In this document: positions 13,501 through 28,500 of the stretch, piece by piece
Layout of the letters: every line of letters begins with the position of its first letter
How positions within the stretch are numbered: position 1 is the first letter of the stretch
Source: Acanthaster planci
Lineage: Eukaryota
NCBI RefSeq assembly: GCF_001949145.1
Contig: NW_019091359.1
Location: 524,021-572,636, forward strand
Length of the DNA stretch: 48,616 nt
Direction: 5' to 3'
Program-made: the position numbers and the translations under genes
Notes under the pieces: model-generated
Databases searched by the model: none
The model's input: the letters and a program-made list of their open reading frames with translations, nothing else
What the model was told of the DNA's origin: nothing

Positions 13501-16500
13501 TCACTGTAACCAACAATGGTTCACCTTGCACGAAATTAAGAAACAAGGTTAAGAATGATATTGAGAATACATGTTGCAAATGTGCCCTAAGGTTACATTT
13601 CAAAGAGTCAACTATAGTGAACTTGAACAATCCTATGTTCAAGTGAGGCGTAATCAAATTACGGTGCACTATACTATGTGCAAAACTTTCAATGCTTTGG
13701 TACTTATCACCAGTGTGGCTGAGACGGATTTGGAGAAACTCAATGTAGCTCATAATGCACAGTGTCACATACACACGTCCATGCTTTAAATCACATTGCC
13801 ATGTGGCAATCAGTCATGTTTGAACCGCTGTTGTAACCGACTCTTTTTTTTTCACAAGGCAAGTTGCAAGTGATTTTTTTCTCCAAGTCAAGTCACAAAT
13901 CTGTTTGTCCCAAGGTTAAGTCCAGTCACAAATAAATTCTCCCAAGTCAAGTTCCAAATTAACTCATACACAGATTTCCACACTTTTTTGGACATCCTTT
14001 GTTAACCAACACGTGTGCTGCTTTGCAAAATAACTTTGGCTTCAATTTTTAAGCTTAATGAGCTCATTTCTTGTGGTAAACCATCAGTTCAATAAAAACA
14101 GACAGTTTTTGGATTTTACAAGGAAAGTCATAGCTACATGTATGTGAACATTTCTTCTTGCACATTATTCATTTCAACAAAAGTTGAGAGTCAACAAATC
14201 AAATTTGTTCGATTCAAGTCACAAGTCATTTTCTCCCAAGTCGATTCAAGCCTTGAGTATTACAAAAGCTGTGTCCGAGTCGAAGTCAACAATTCAAGGC
14301 ATCAACTCTAAGATTCACTCAGATTTAGGAAATGTTTCATTTAACATACATGAATGGCAATTCAAAAGTGTAATACAATAACTGTGAAAAACAAAACGTT
14401 AAGGAGATATTCAGTGAAGGGTACTTGAATTTTTTTTCACAATTTTCCCCAAATTACAAATATAATGAAAGATATTTATGATGACCTGACTTGAAAAAGG
14501 TCAAGTAAGAGTCATGTTGTTTACACTGTAATTCTGAAGGTAAATTATTTATTTTTCTTTACATGCATATTAATTTCATGGATTTAGATACACGATTTCA
14601 AGGTTTTGGGCTGTATCGTTGACTTTTATGTCTGAAAGGTGGCTCTGGTAAGGCACCTCTTATGCCATAATGACCCAAAGACTCATCATGTAACATATGA
14701 TTTTAGTCTACATAATCGACACTTACTTGCGGATGCATGTTTATGATATCTGTGCACATGCAAAGATTATGAAGGATGACACCTGCTTGGTCTCCGAATG
14801 TTGAATAATTAGCATACACAAGGGCTTTTGGTGGAAAGCTCAACAATGTAAAGGAAAATATGTCACAAACAACTCAATCCCATGGGTGGTTGCATCTACC
14901 GTAGTAGACTATGGCCTGAAGTCAGTTCGTATTTGTGTACTTGTCATTATTTGTCATGCAGAAAAGCACATTTCTCAGGTCTGAAAACTCTTGGACAAGC
15001 TTTCCACAGAAGAGTGCATTAAACTGGTCAGCGCTGATCCAGTTGCCACACAAAGTATGCATACCATGGTCAGCTATCAACCAATCAGCAGCCTTTAGCA
15101 AAATTCAGATACAATTTACATGTTGTTTTAGAGCTGCAGGCTATATTGAATAACTGGTGGCTCTAAGACTAGTACACACATATGGACTGGCAATGAGGTC
15201 ACTAGTGCACAACTATGTCCCCAAGGGACTGTGAGTGACCAGAAGAAGGTCCTTTTTCCTGAGGCCGAGGGAAATACATGTATCGGACTCTCTTCTGGTC
15301 ACTCACAGGCCCGATGAGGCATGGGCGTGCACTAATGGCCAAATTTGGCCAGTCCATATGTGTTTTATAACACACCTATTGTCATTCAAAGTAGACGTCG
15401 CCATTTTTCATTTTAATAAGAGCCATAGCAATGCCCAGAGGGTGCTATAACCAGTGAAAAATTTTCAAGACTAGTTCCTGACCGGGCCCTAGCCTCTGGA
15501 ATTGATGAGAATGCAATGTCTAGGCACGTGTCGGGTCATGCTAATGCCAAATTTATATACATGTACTAGCCTATATTAGTGAACCACACATGACCATGTT
15601 TCAGCCAACCAGGAAAAAGAACCAGGAAGAGGTGTGTTATAATATGCATCTAACATATATGAATCTTGAAATAGTGTATATGTACATTAAACACTGCAGT
15701 TATGATGACATGCTATCCACCATAAGTTCAAATACATCAGACCGACATGCTTCCTGAAAGAGACCCTCAGAGGTTAACAAACAAAATTTTCTTCCCACTC
15801 ACCAAGCACAAAGATGTTGGCGCTATCTATGATCTGAAGGGACACAGTGTCAAAATCTGGATCAGTGACTACTGCTGTGGCAATGAGTGTGTCTGGTGCA
15901 GTGTTCTCTGTCACGCAGGCATGGATACTAACGCCAGTGATAGATTCCTCCTCTGGGATGACATCACAAACACCAACATCACAATACATAACATTTGAAA
16001 TGCATTAATTAAACATGGGTGTTAATCTTACTAAGGTTGACTCAAATCAAATATTCCAATACATATCAGACCTTCCATTTGCTCAAACATTCAAATATTC
16101 GGTTCCATCAAATTCCCACAAAAGCAGAACAAAACGTGTATCTTTGTGTGAAGGTCTTGATCACTGAATTCCAGTACAAGGGCTTGTCTCTTTATTAAGG
16201 AGAATGGGAGAACAACTGATGTTCAGTCCTAAATGGGGATATGTTTCCTTACTGAAAAAAAGTAAAATAAAAGCAAAACAAATGAGAACAGGAAGTAAGA
16301 GCAGTATTTTGGCCTAACTTTTGGGCATGTGTATAAGTTTCATGTTTATTCCTGAAACCTTGAAAAGCAATGCTGGAAAATAATTTTGTAATCAGAATAT
16401 TTTTTATTTCATTGATTTTCACCGATGAATATCAATTTCAACAATTAATATATTTTGCCTGTAGCTCTAAATCCCAGAGGGAATGAGGGGATATACTCAA

Positions 16501-19500
16501 GCCTCCATAACTAGTCAAGCAATAGAAAAACATTGCATTCAGTTTGCAGCTACACAAGGCAAAACAGCACACCACAGTTTACTAGCATTCTTTTGTATCA
16601 GGTAAACTTATGCAAATTAGGAATACTTTTAGCCAATAGTGTTACACATTTAAGATGCTAAAAACTCATGAGACCCAACTGATACAACATAAAAACATTG
16701 ACATTTTTAAAAGCAACATAGTTAAGTCTGAAACTGTATACAAATGTAACAATGTTGCAACTGCAATTTTGCACATGCAGTGCAGTAGCACGCAATTGCC
16801 GATACCATTTCCCTAGTTTTTGACATTTCAAGAAGAAATTCAATTTACATGAATATTTAATTACAAATTATGGATTGGACGGTACACTTCTGGGCAGTTT
16901 GAGATATTTTTATTTGCACAGCATACTCTATCAACTGTTGAAGGAATTTTCCACAAATTCTGTTTGGGAAAGTGACCAACTTCAATCTTCCCAAACGTTT
17001 ACTTTCATGTTGCATGAAGAGTGTTGTCACTTTGTGGACTGTAGTATATCAGTGAAAGGGGACTGATTACAAGGATTAAATGAACTGGAAAACAAACCTG
17101 GTGTACACCTTGCAGTCACCTGCCAATTAATATCATTTGGGGGCTCGTTGACATTTTGAACGCTGATGGAGAACATCTCTATGTAGGATTGGTTGCCTGT
17201 ATCAGTGGCTTGTATGGCAACAGTGATGCCAGTTGGATAGTCAGTGTAACTCAGGTCGGCACTCACCACTAAAGCATTACCTGAAACATGACAAATCATA
17301 TGGTCTCAAGCAGGAAAAGTTCTATGTCAGAACCAGTCAGCACACAGCGCACTACATAACTCTAATGACTGGTGAATGAGTCTCACATCAGTTCATTCTC
17401 TCTTGCAAAAAAAGCAGAGTGTCTCTCCAGAGACGTTTTCTCATGGCCATATATGTTAATCCCAGGCGACAACTGAATAATTTTAAAATGTCCAAGAAAT
17501 ACTGATAAACATGGCCACTTCAGCAGGAAATTAACAAAATGCACATGCATGTTAGTGCACTGCTCACTGTGGAGCGGATGCAAGTGATGGCGTTATTTGC
17601 CAAAATACTTCCAGTATCACCATACAGGTTTGAAAGCACAGCATTGTTCCAATTGGACAAACTGAAGTCCTTGTAATATCGTAACAATAGTAGTCTCCTG
17701 TGAACATTCTCGGACTGTTTACATCAAGACCACAGTAACTTCAAGAAACACTGATTTTCTGGCTATTCCACTGAACTTGAGTTTTTTTACCAACTAAATG
17801 TCACAGTGGAAACATTTCTCAAGTACAGAGGAGATCTTGTGGTAGGTATATGCTCCATGAAGGAATTAACGAACCCCTTTCTAACTTACCATGCACAGCA
17901 AACAGGGACCCTCCTGTGACAATGCTCAGCTGGTGGGTGTCACCTTGGTCAGGGTCCTCCACTGTCAATGTCCCCACAATGGTATTGACAGCAATGTGCT
18001 CTTGGACAGTGGATGAGGACAGCAAAATGCCAAATGGCGGGTCATTGACATCTGTCACACTGATGGTAAACATGTGCTGGATAGTCAAACCGGCAGAGTC
18101 CGTGGAGGTAATATTCAGGGGTATGGAAGGGTTGATCTCATGGTCAAAACAAGAGGTCTCAGCGACAGTGAGGTCTGAGTTGGAAATGGAGAAACAGCTG
18201 CTGAGTGGACCCTGCAGGGTGTAGGTGTGGCTGTCACCCCTGTCCTCGTCATTTGTTGTCAGAACACCAATGACCGTCCCTACAGCTGTGGCGCTGTCAG
18301 GACTGGTCTCCGGTATTGCTGTAGCTGATAAACGCACGGCAGTTGGGGCGTCATTTTCATCTTGGACCATGATGGCAAACGTCATGACATTTGACAACCT
18401 GGGGCTGCCACTGTCCTCCACTTGGACCACAACAGAGTAGGTATTTACATGCTCAAAATTCAAGGAGCCAGCCACGAGGAGTTGATCGCCCTGGATATCA
18501 AACTTCCCATGACCACTTGACAGCAGTGAAAATGTCTGGTCTTGGCCCTGATCTGGGTCTGATGCCAAGATCGTGCCCACCTGGTCCCCCACAGCAGCAT
18601 GTTCTCCGATTGTGTTAGAGGTCAGTGTAGGTTTCCGGGGTGTTTCATTCACATCCAGAATGGAAATGGACAGGTCAAAGGTCCCAGAAAGTGGAGGAGT
18701 TCCCGAATCAACAGAGGTCACATGGATGGTGTATGCTGGATCTGTCTCATAGTCAAATCCACCTGTGCAAACAGAAAACAGCAAACGGTGAGGCTCTAAA
18801 TTTCTGGTAGCAAAAGCTAAAAATAGAGCAATGGAGCACTTAAAGATGGGTGTCTAAATCTTCTTGTCTTAGTACAATTACAACATTTGCTTCAAGCTAA
18901 TTCAGACAAATTCTATTGTTATACCACAGTCATAGACAGTGAATTCGTAATAATTGCAAATTGATCATGTTACAAGCGCGCATGTATCATTCATGTGTCG
19001 CGCCCACTGGCAATGTTGACAGTCACAAAACTGATGGATAATGGTGATCTTTCCCAATGTTGGTGTACTGTGCCTACTGCATAATCTTGGGTACAGGGTT
19101 GGATAGCCACGGTGGTACTATGTGCTTATTACTGTGAGAGATGTGCACCGTGTTTGGGACATTGAAGTACTGTGTTTGTTCGCATGTGCTACTTTCTTCA
19201 CTCTGACCATGACAGAGACCTGCAGGTACTAAACCTCTGTTCATGCATCCAGCTATGCTTATGGAACACAAGTACGCTCTGATCACTGTGTTTGCTGCGA
19301 TCACCATTGCTGTTTATATAAAACTGTCATTCTGTTGTCTCGTCTTGTCTACTCATCGATCTTCTAAATACTTTTCAATGCAATTTGGTGTAAATGATGT
19401 CTTGAAATTCAACCAGTTGACAAAACCCCCAGTGCTTTATGAATCCCGGGTATCTCTGATAAACAAATTTGTTATAAATCCTAGATTTCTCCTGTCCCCC

Positions 19501-22500
19501 CCCCTAAAAAACAAAGGTCAAGAAAAGGACATCGACCATGGTATAACAAAACCATTGTTGCCTGCTGTGACAGGGTCCATGGGTTTTGTAAAACCGTCCA
19601 GGGCAAACGGCACCCTCAGCTTCGCCTCTAGTGCCATCTGTCTCCTCGATTGTACAAAACACCTTGGACCCCTACACTGCAGACAACAATTGTTAATTGG
19701 CAGTAAAGTTGGGGACTAGGACACCACAGCAACACAACCAATGGGAGGATTGCCACTGTAATCAAGGTAAAAACCAGGAGTAAATTGTGTGTCATTTTAA
19801 ACTGACTGCAAATTGGACACAGCAGGGCCATTCCATGTCAATTAACATGATTAATGCATGAGGTTATGCAAATTAATCAAATATTAGTTATACAAATACA
19901 TAAAAATCAGTTTTAGATGTTTCTTATACAAGCCAATCACCACACCAAATATTTTCCACTCTGTTGGAATGACCAAGCATTGTTACTGGCCAATGCTGTA
20001 TTCTATCACACGTCCATCACAAGTCATTCTGTCTTAAGACAGCATGCAGGCTATTCAAACAAACTGAGATAATAGCATTCCTTTGTCGTTATTAACCCTG
20101 TTACTTATGACTGGCCTAGTGAAGGGACTTAACTGGACTTGTGAAGGGACTTGTGACGGACTGGAACACAACACAGTGGCACTTACATACCATGGGTTTT
20201 TAAAGTATCGCCCGATGTATCAATGTAGAACTTTCCTGATGGGTCTGATGTTAGTGTGTAAGTGTAGGACTGGTGGTTATCAGGATCTACAGTGTGCAGC
20301 ATTCCCAGCACAGTTCCATTCACTGTATCCTCAGGGATACTGAAGGACGATGGAACAATTGCCAGCGGAGGGTCATTAACCCCTTCAGTGTCCTCTGTTG
20401 CGATACATTCTGCTGTGCTAACAGACCATACACCATTCTGTTGGCAAATGATGGTGGAGGAGCCAATTCGAGTTCCTAGAGTAAGACGGATAATAAAACA
20501 AAACCAATGGACCTTTATTCACAGGGAAGCCATATTTGTGCATGTTCCCAGAATCTAAACAGTTCAATGTAATCTGTTACATAGGGTGGTACCAGACTAT
20601 TTTGGGTTCCATACCTTACTTTCATTTTTTTAAATGTGGCTTAAAACATTTTGATATAAATGATCACAAATTTTAAGTTCTTCATTAGCATAAATGAAAT
20701 TAATTCACGTACACCTAAGTTTTTCTTCTGTGCTTTCATTTTTTTCTAAAATGCCAAAATGAAAAGTTTGCTTTTTCAATACGGGCAATTCACAATACCG
20801 TGCACCACAAAAAGGTTGTCATAGAGAGGGCATTTTTCAAGTTTACGGTCCACAAAAAAAAATGGCTGACTTGCCACGATTTCCAACCCAGACCAAAAAC
20901 AGTGGAACAATTCAAGATCCCCGTGAGCAGTGCAGCCAGCACAAAGAGCTCTTGTTGTCCGTTTTCCCACTTGTTGCTAAAAAGGGCTCTCTACGGCAAC
21001 AACTTGGTGGCACAGTATGGCATTGTGAATCGGCGAATCGCCAAACTTAGTATGGTTCTGTAACTCTCTGTAACTCCCATGACCCTTTTAAATCTCAACA
21101 AGGATAACAATGGGTTGCCCATTCCTGGCTAGTCCCTTGGATTTTTCCCAGGACATTTGCAGGGATCTTTTCCCACCCAAGAAGAGGGATGAGTGAATCC
21201 TGAGTAGGACCATTTACTGCATTCACTCTTACAAGCTAGTTAACCACAGTTACGTTGTAGGGACTACGCATGAATTAAATGAAAGCTATTGTGAAGACCC
21301 AAAATGTTGTGCAGACACATCAGAGTCCTCACAATCCAATCCAATGATCTTCCAACAACAGGTGCTGTTCGCTCAACATGGTGCCAACGAGGCACTGCAG
21401 ACAGTACCAATGTATGAAATGTCATGATCACCCGTGAATTGAGAGGGAATCAAATACTACACACAAAGAGACCAGTACAGAATCCTTCTAACCTTGAATG
21501 CAGGACAGACTGCATCTACTGCCGTAGGTTGTGCCAGTGCAGGACATGTTGAAGCCATCTATACTGCCAGGTTGACCACAGTCGATGGCTATACAAGACT
21601 GACCATCCCCAACTGGTTGGAAGCCATCATTGCACAGGCAAACAAAAGACCCTGTGGACGAAAAGACGGCAGAATTTCACTTGGAATCTGCTCTGCGTGG
21701 GAACAAGAGAGTTTTCTACACAGTAGCAATGATCCATTGGTGGGAACTCACTGCATATGCCAATGGTTCACCGGTTTGGTGTGGGATGCACCAATTTGTG
21801 TGCGCCGAATGCATGCATGTACGAGCCCAGCTGGCTTAAAAAAGATCCCCCCAGTCTGTCTCTTCTTTTGCCAGAGAGAGCTTGAACTTTAACTCAGAGC
21901 CAACAAGGACAGATTGAACAAACTCCTTCAGGATGGGGCTTAGTAAGGGTAAGGGTCAGGGTTTGGGGGTGGGGAGGGTTGGATGCCGGATGTTCGAGCT
22001 TTGAAGTTTGGGGCTTTGGTTTTGAATTTGAAGGTTGAAGGTTTGGTTTGGATTTCAATTTGTTTTTGTCTTAACAACTCACTCATACAAGCACCACAGC
22101 ATTCATCATTTCTTTTCAACGCTAAATTTATAATGGAAATCTCATTTGTCGACTGTATATGTATGTGTATCAAGCAGACAATCTCATGAGGTAACTGTGG
22201 CCAACTTTGTTTTCTTAGACCTAGTTTAAACATGCTTCACCACTGAGTATTAAAACCTTTAGTGCAGAGCATATTTTTAACACTTTCACCCGTCACACTA
22301 ACGGGACAATTTTGAGACACTTCTTTGGCGGCAAATAAAGTTGTTCCACATGAACAATCCACTGCTGTCTACGTCATTCTGTGCATGTACGCTAACAATT
22401 GTAAACTGCTGATGCAGGACCAGTATATGCTTCCCACCAGACATCTGAAGGTACATTCTTCTCAGATTTATCCGAGTCTTACCAATGATATTGACACAAT

Positions 22501-25500
22501 TTTGTTGGCATGCATGTAGACTATCCTCGCACTCATTGACATCAGAGCATGATACACCATCTCCATCAAGAACAAAGCCATCATGACAACTGCAACTACA
22601 AGGCAAAAACAATAAAACAATTAAACAATACATTGCTTTGTGACAAAGCACAGGTGAATGTACAACTTGTAACGAGACACATAAAAAGCTCATTTTTCAA
22701 AACTTGAAATCTGGCCAAACAACAAGTGCAACGGCACCACCAATTTGAAACTGAAAGCTAAATTACATGAAGATCAGATTAAATCTCGACATCACACTCA
22801 CTGTGCAAGAGAGATCACTTCATTTTCACCAAATCAAGTTCATTATTTCATACATATCTTAACATTCATGTGTGATGGCAAAATGAACCTGATAGGGTCA
22901 ACTTTAGACATCTTGTAGAGGGCTGCAAATGATTTTCTCTTCCCAAGAAGAGATGCAAAGAGCAAAATACCAAAATGGATAGTATTCAAACATGTCAAAA
23001 GATGGCAAAATGCCAACGTCCTCATATTTCACTGAAATCTTTCAACATGGCAGATGTGCTTTAACCCCAACAGTTCTTGGCCAAATTTCGTGTCACTGCT
23101 TACCGCAAGCGAAAAATTGGCGCTCACCGTAGCAGAACATTCTGAGCTTACAGCGAATGTATTTCACGGGTTAGCGAGGAATTTTGGCCTGTGCACATGC
23201 GTACATCTCGTAACTGAGGATTATGCGCTTTAAAGGTGAGCGCAGAATTTTTCTGCTAGCATGGTTAGCGCAGAATGAAGATCGTAAGCGCGAAATTCTG
23301 CAGTAGGCAGCGCCATGAAATTGGGCCCTTATCCCTCACAGTCAAATATAAATCTACATAAACTGTAGGTGGGGTCAGAGTTAATGCCTTTCACTTTTCC
23401 GGCACAAGCATAAAGCTGGAATTTATAAAAGGAAATAATGCATACATACACAGAGTTTTTCCAACATCTTCATCACATGCCACACAGTTTGCTAAAATCC
23501 CTTAATAAAAGACACACATACTTATTTTTTTATATAAATTAAATTGTTTTTTTTTTTTTTAAGCTAATTTAACACAACATGTAGAACATAAGATAGAGTC
23601 AACGTTATGTTCTACATGTTGAGTTAAACTAGCTAAAAAAAATGAAAGAAAAAGAATTTAATTTATATCTAAGAAACACAACACTGAACCGGCTGTATTC
23701 ATTTATTTGTTGATGTTTTTCAGCCTTCCCCAATCTTGTTTACCTGAGAGATTACCTTTTTATAAGATTCTTTTGAATATACAGATGAACTTCTGACCTC
23801 TGATGAAAGGGAACCAGTGGCAGTGGAGAACAAAAGCATACTGATGGGGAGAGGAAAACCTACCCGTTTGCTACCAAAATATCTTTTATCCCATACCAGG
23901 ATGCAAACTAACAAAGTCATGATGTAATACATAAAGCCTGATTGTGTGCATTCTGTGGGATATGTCAACACACTGCACAGTACAATACTTGCCAAACTGC
24001 AGACACAATCACATCGTGCAATTCAATGAAATTCCAGGGAAAATGAGACTGGTTGTGCCAAGCAATACCAGTCTCCCTGGTTTGTCAGTGACGTGGTTTA
24101 TCAGCGGGCTGTCCATAGAGTCAGGGTTCATTTATTTTATTCATTTCATGTTATTTTCCCAGAATTGTTCTCCCTGAGGGCCCTTGATTAAAGTTGTAAA
24201 AAATAAAATGCGTGCATGGGTGATTCCAGAAATTAGGGGTCCCAAAGTGTGACATTTTCATGTCCCTGTTACATCTGACCTTTGTTATTTGACATGGAAA
24301 TATCACCGGAATTTATTTCAAACTGATGCAATTCGTTTGGCAGGTAATTTGCATTAATTCATCACACATGGAAATTAGAAAATGTGTTCTGAACTTACAA
24401 AATCATATGTCAGATGTGACAAGGAAACAAAAAAAATGGACCTTACTTTCTGGAGTTACCCACATAATGAAATGGGCTCATAAACATGCTAGTTTAAAAG
24501 TACATGTGACATCAAAACGTGATATAAAAACTAAGAATTACATTACAATATGGGTTTAAAAATATGAACCCACTTACGTAAACCATAGTTTGATAACAAA
24601 TACATTAAATCCAATTAGATACTCACAAGTTGATAAAACAATCAATTACCCATTTGAAAAAGATACTCACTGCTTCTAGAACCCACAGTTCAGCTAAAAA
24701 TAGGCATTAATGTTAAAATACGCACCACTGACTGAGTTTATAACCCCTAAAAAATGAATAAAATATTAATTATTTATTTGCCCAATAAAGTGTCATAAAA
24801 GCCTTACGACTGTTTTACAGCAGGAGCCAAGTTATTCCAAACCCATGTTCCAAGAGAGTTGCCGGCAGTGGTGCAGACTCTAGGAGAACAAATATTATTC
24901 CCGACTGCCTTTTTGGTTGGATATGAGTGTACCTCACTAGCTCAAGTAAACTCATGAGAAATGTAGTTCGGAGCATTGTCAATAATAATTTTGTATATAA
25001 GAGTACTAATGTGGTGATCCCATCAGTTTGTTTTTAAAAGGGACCCAATTCAACAGTAGAAAATGTATAGTCAACACCCAAAGCTCTTTCTACCCATCTG
25101 TTTGTGTTGTCTTAGAATGTTCTTCAATCACTCTGTGCATCCACTAACCCAGGCAGGACAACAGTATTCAAAATAAGGCAAGTATTACATAACAATTTGA
25201 TAACAAGAGAATCCAAACATCCCTTCAGCAATCTAAGTAGCGCTAGTCGACTGGAAATTTTACGGGCAGTTTTCGGAACACACTGCTGCTAGCTTAAGTT
25301 TTCATCCATCCATATCCCAAGATACTTAAATACAATTCCAAGTTCCAGCTGTTATCCTGCACCAAATGACCAATATCTGTGAACTTGGGTTATGATCCAG
25401 AGCAATCGGTGATGAAAACACAGCAATTAGCGCTGAATTATCATCACAACACAAAAGCAGCTGGAACGTGTATTTACATGCAGGAAGTGTTTTAGCTAGT

Positions 25501-28500
25501 TACCAGCAGGATACCTGTGAGTATTATATAGAGGGCGGAGGAATTGTTGGCATTGAACATGCGGCGCACCCAGTTGGGGGGGGGGGGCAAAACAAGCAAA
25601 TGGCATTCAATGACTTTCCATAAAATGAATGTATTTTCCATGTAAATGAATGTTAAAACCTACCAATATCTCATTTAGGCACTGAAAAAATTAAACATTA
25701 TGTCTTTTGCTTCTAACATTTGGGTTTTTTTTTTCAGTGCCAACTTGTTCTTAAGTATTCATTGAAGAAATATGGAATGCAAATGCTTACATGTATGGAC
25801 TGTTCCAAATGAGTTTCAGTATTTCAAAAAGCAAAGATCTTTCGCGAACAAAGCGCGTGCATTAGTCAGCACATGGCTGCGCTGATAGGACAGACTATTT
25901 TATCCACGTGTACTGTTCCTGAATAGTCTTGTACTGGGGTACGAGCTCATTCACAAAGTTTAGCACCACAAGAGACTACAATATAGAGGTTGTGTAGCCC
26001 TGAGATGAATCTTAACAGAGTTAAACAGAACCTTCTTTTTCAAGTAAAACAACTTACGACAAAGGTATACATTTGTAAATGTGAGGCACAATCACAGACT
26101 CCTGGCATGCACAACTTGTACAGAGAACCCTGTCATGACAGGCTACTCACACTTCACGCTATCCCCTTTGTTGATATCATAGAGGAAAGTAATTTCTAAA
26201 CTTACCTGGCAAAAAATATGCTACACGTTGGAGCAAGTGATGTTTAGAAATACCCCAAATAATAAACCATTTTTAGCAGCATTGTGGGCGTTGCCAAAAT
26301 TTTTTTGGGGGGAGGAAATTTAATTGTTCTTTTATTTGTAGGGAGGGTGCAACCACCAACAGCAAACAGATAAAATTTGTATAGTAGAAGGGGATCAATT
26401 CCAAGGTCTGTCTGCTTCTCTTGATCTTTCTTTTTTCCGGGGGGGGGGTGAATTCCCCCTTGTCCCCTCATAACGCCCATGCATACCCCTGTTATTTTGC
26501 ACTCATATTAAATGCCATTCCATTTGCAAAAATCATGGAGGAAAGTAATGTCTACACTTAAAACACAAGGCAAACCATCTTATGTGTTCGAACAAATGGT
26601 GCTCTAAACGTCCAAACTAATTCAAATATGCACAGCAGCATTTAGTTGGCAACGGATACAAATGTGAAAATACAGGTATTTGTCACTGCCATCACTTTAA
26701 GCAACGATTCTCTTTCATCATTTTCTTGCTCAAGGGGCTTGTCATTAAACGCAGGCTGAAGTTTTGGTCTTCATTTTGTACATGCCATTGAATTCTAATG
26801 AACACATTCCAAACCTTGTTCAATACAGCGATCATGAGCTACCCCCGTGGTAAACTTCAAGGCTAGGTGGATTCTTTTGATTGCGACATTAAAGCCATTT
26901 AGTGTGAATTCATCAATTGGCAAGGAATAAATTGCCTGAGGGAAAACAATTTTATGCAAACATGAATCCAGACATTTTGGCATTTACTTCCTTATTCTCA
27001 CAATGTAGTCAAGGTTTTTGTACCTGGTACATGAATGCATACGGTGCATTCAAGTCAGAACTAAACGCAGCTGGGAATATCCCTTCCTTTCCCTCAGTGT
27101 TCCCATGACTTGATGCATGTCACTTTGGATTTGAAGATCAATCTGAATTCTATGAAATGTGACTTTTTGCCAACTGACATGTGTCCATGGCTTCTTTGGA
27201 AAACAGAAAGCACGGAAAAACCCTGTTTCACTTCGACAAGGATGGCAAACACATTTTGCCCTGAGGCTTATAATTATGTCCATACTAGACAACCAGTTTT
27301 CCTGCAGTGTGTTGAAAAGTTAAATCACAGTATAAACAATCCGAAATTTGACAAAATGGGACAATTTTGGTGTATATGGAAATGAAGATATGTACATGTA
27401 CATGTGTACAGTTCTTGTCCATTCTGTATTAACAACCAAGTTACGTTTGTGGCTCTTACAGATTTTAGAGAAAGTGCAGATAAAGGAACAGATTTAGTCC
27501 TGTATTTTAAAATTTTCCTCTTATATACGTGTGCATGTTTTTAGTTGCTAAATTGGTTATAAAGTGTCAGGAAAAGGACATAAACATGGGAAATAGGAGA
27601 AATTCCTCTAGAATTCTGGAACAAGTTAAACGTCCGCGTTTAGGCTATAAGACCCTGTACTGACAAAATTCCAGGAACAAACTAGAGTGTACAATTCTGG
27701 TGTTAAATTTTTGTGAACTTTATGAAAAGAAGCAGAACAACCAGTACATTCCCTCAATGACTGCCACCGACAATATTTTTTAACTTTAAAATAATTTGAA
27801 ATTGTCAAAGTTCATGACCTCACACCACACATGAATAAGAGGCCATGGATTGGTGGCTATGTTTGCTTTGCAAAAATTGTCTGCCGTCTGATTCCCTATT
27901 TGTGCATGCACTGATGGAATCTGTGTTTAACTTGAAAAACGTGAAGAACGAATTTTCCATACACTTTTAACATTTAACCCACACTGTATAGAGGCTCGCC
28001 ACAACCTACCTGGGTGTTTTAATTATACATACAGAGTTCATCAACAATGCACATGATTGGCCTTAGTTTACATGGATGTTAGAAGTCATTCAAAATAAGC
28101 AATTTTTCTTGTTTTAAATTCAAATCCCCCAAATTGTAAATGGATGTTGAAAAGAAAAATTCACTATGCAATTAGGAGGAATACACTTATTTGAACTTTT
28201 TAAAACTGAATGCCACATCATGTCAATCAAAATATGAAACCGGAAAAAAATCAGATTTTTTAATATTAAAGAAAATCTTTCAATGCAAACGTCGCACCCT
28301 TAATTGATCCCTTAGTTGATCCTAAATGCCGAACATAGTACACACAGCTACACACTAGCCATGCTTGGTTCCTGGTAAGATGTGAATGTATTGAGGCTAC
28401 ATTAGGACTAATGTTTCCTTCTTAATGGTAAATGACTACAATCTAGAACCACTTTTTTTTGGGGGGGGAGGATTTTGCTATGTAAGCTTTTGTGACTTTT

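Noticed and set aside
17850..18799. Plus-strand ORFs over exon K (likewise 726-1520, 10970-11320, 20292-20558, 21494-21892, 35610-36032)
   Set aside because: Antisense shadows of real minus-strand exons with no recognisable motifs
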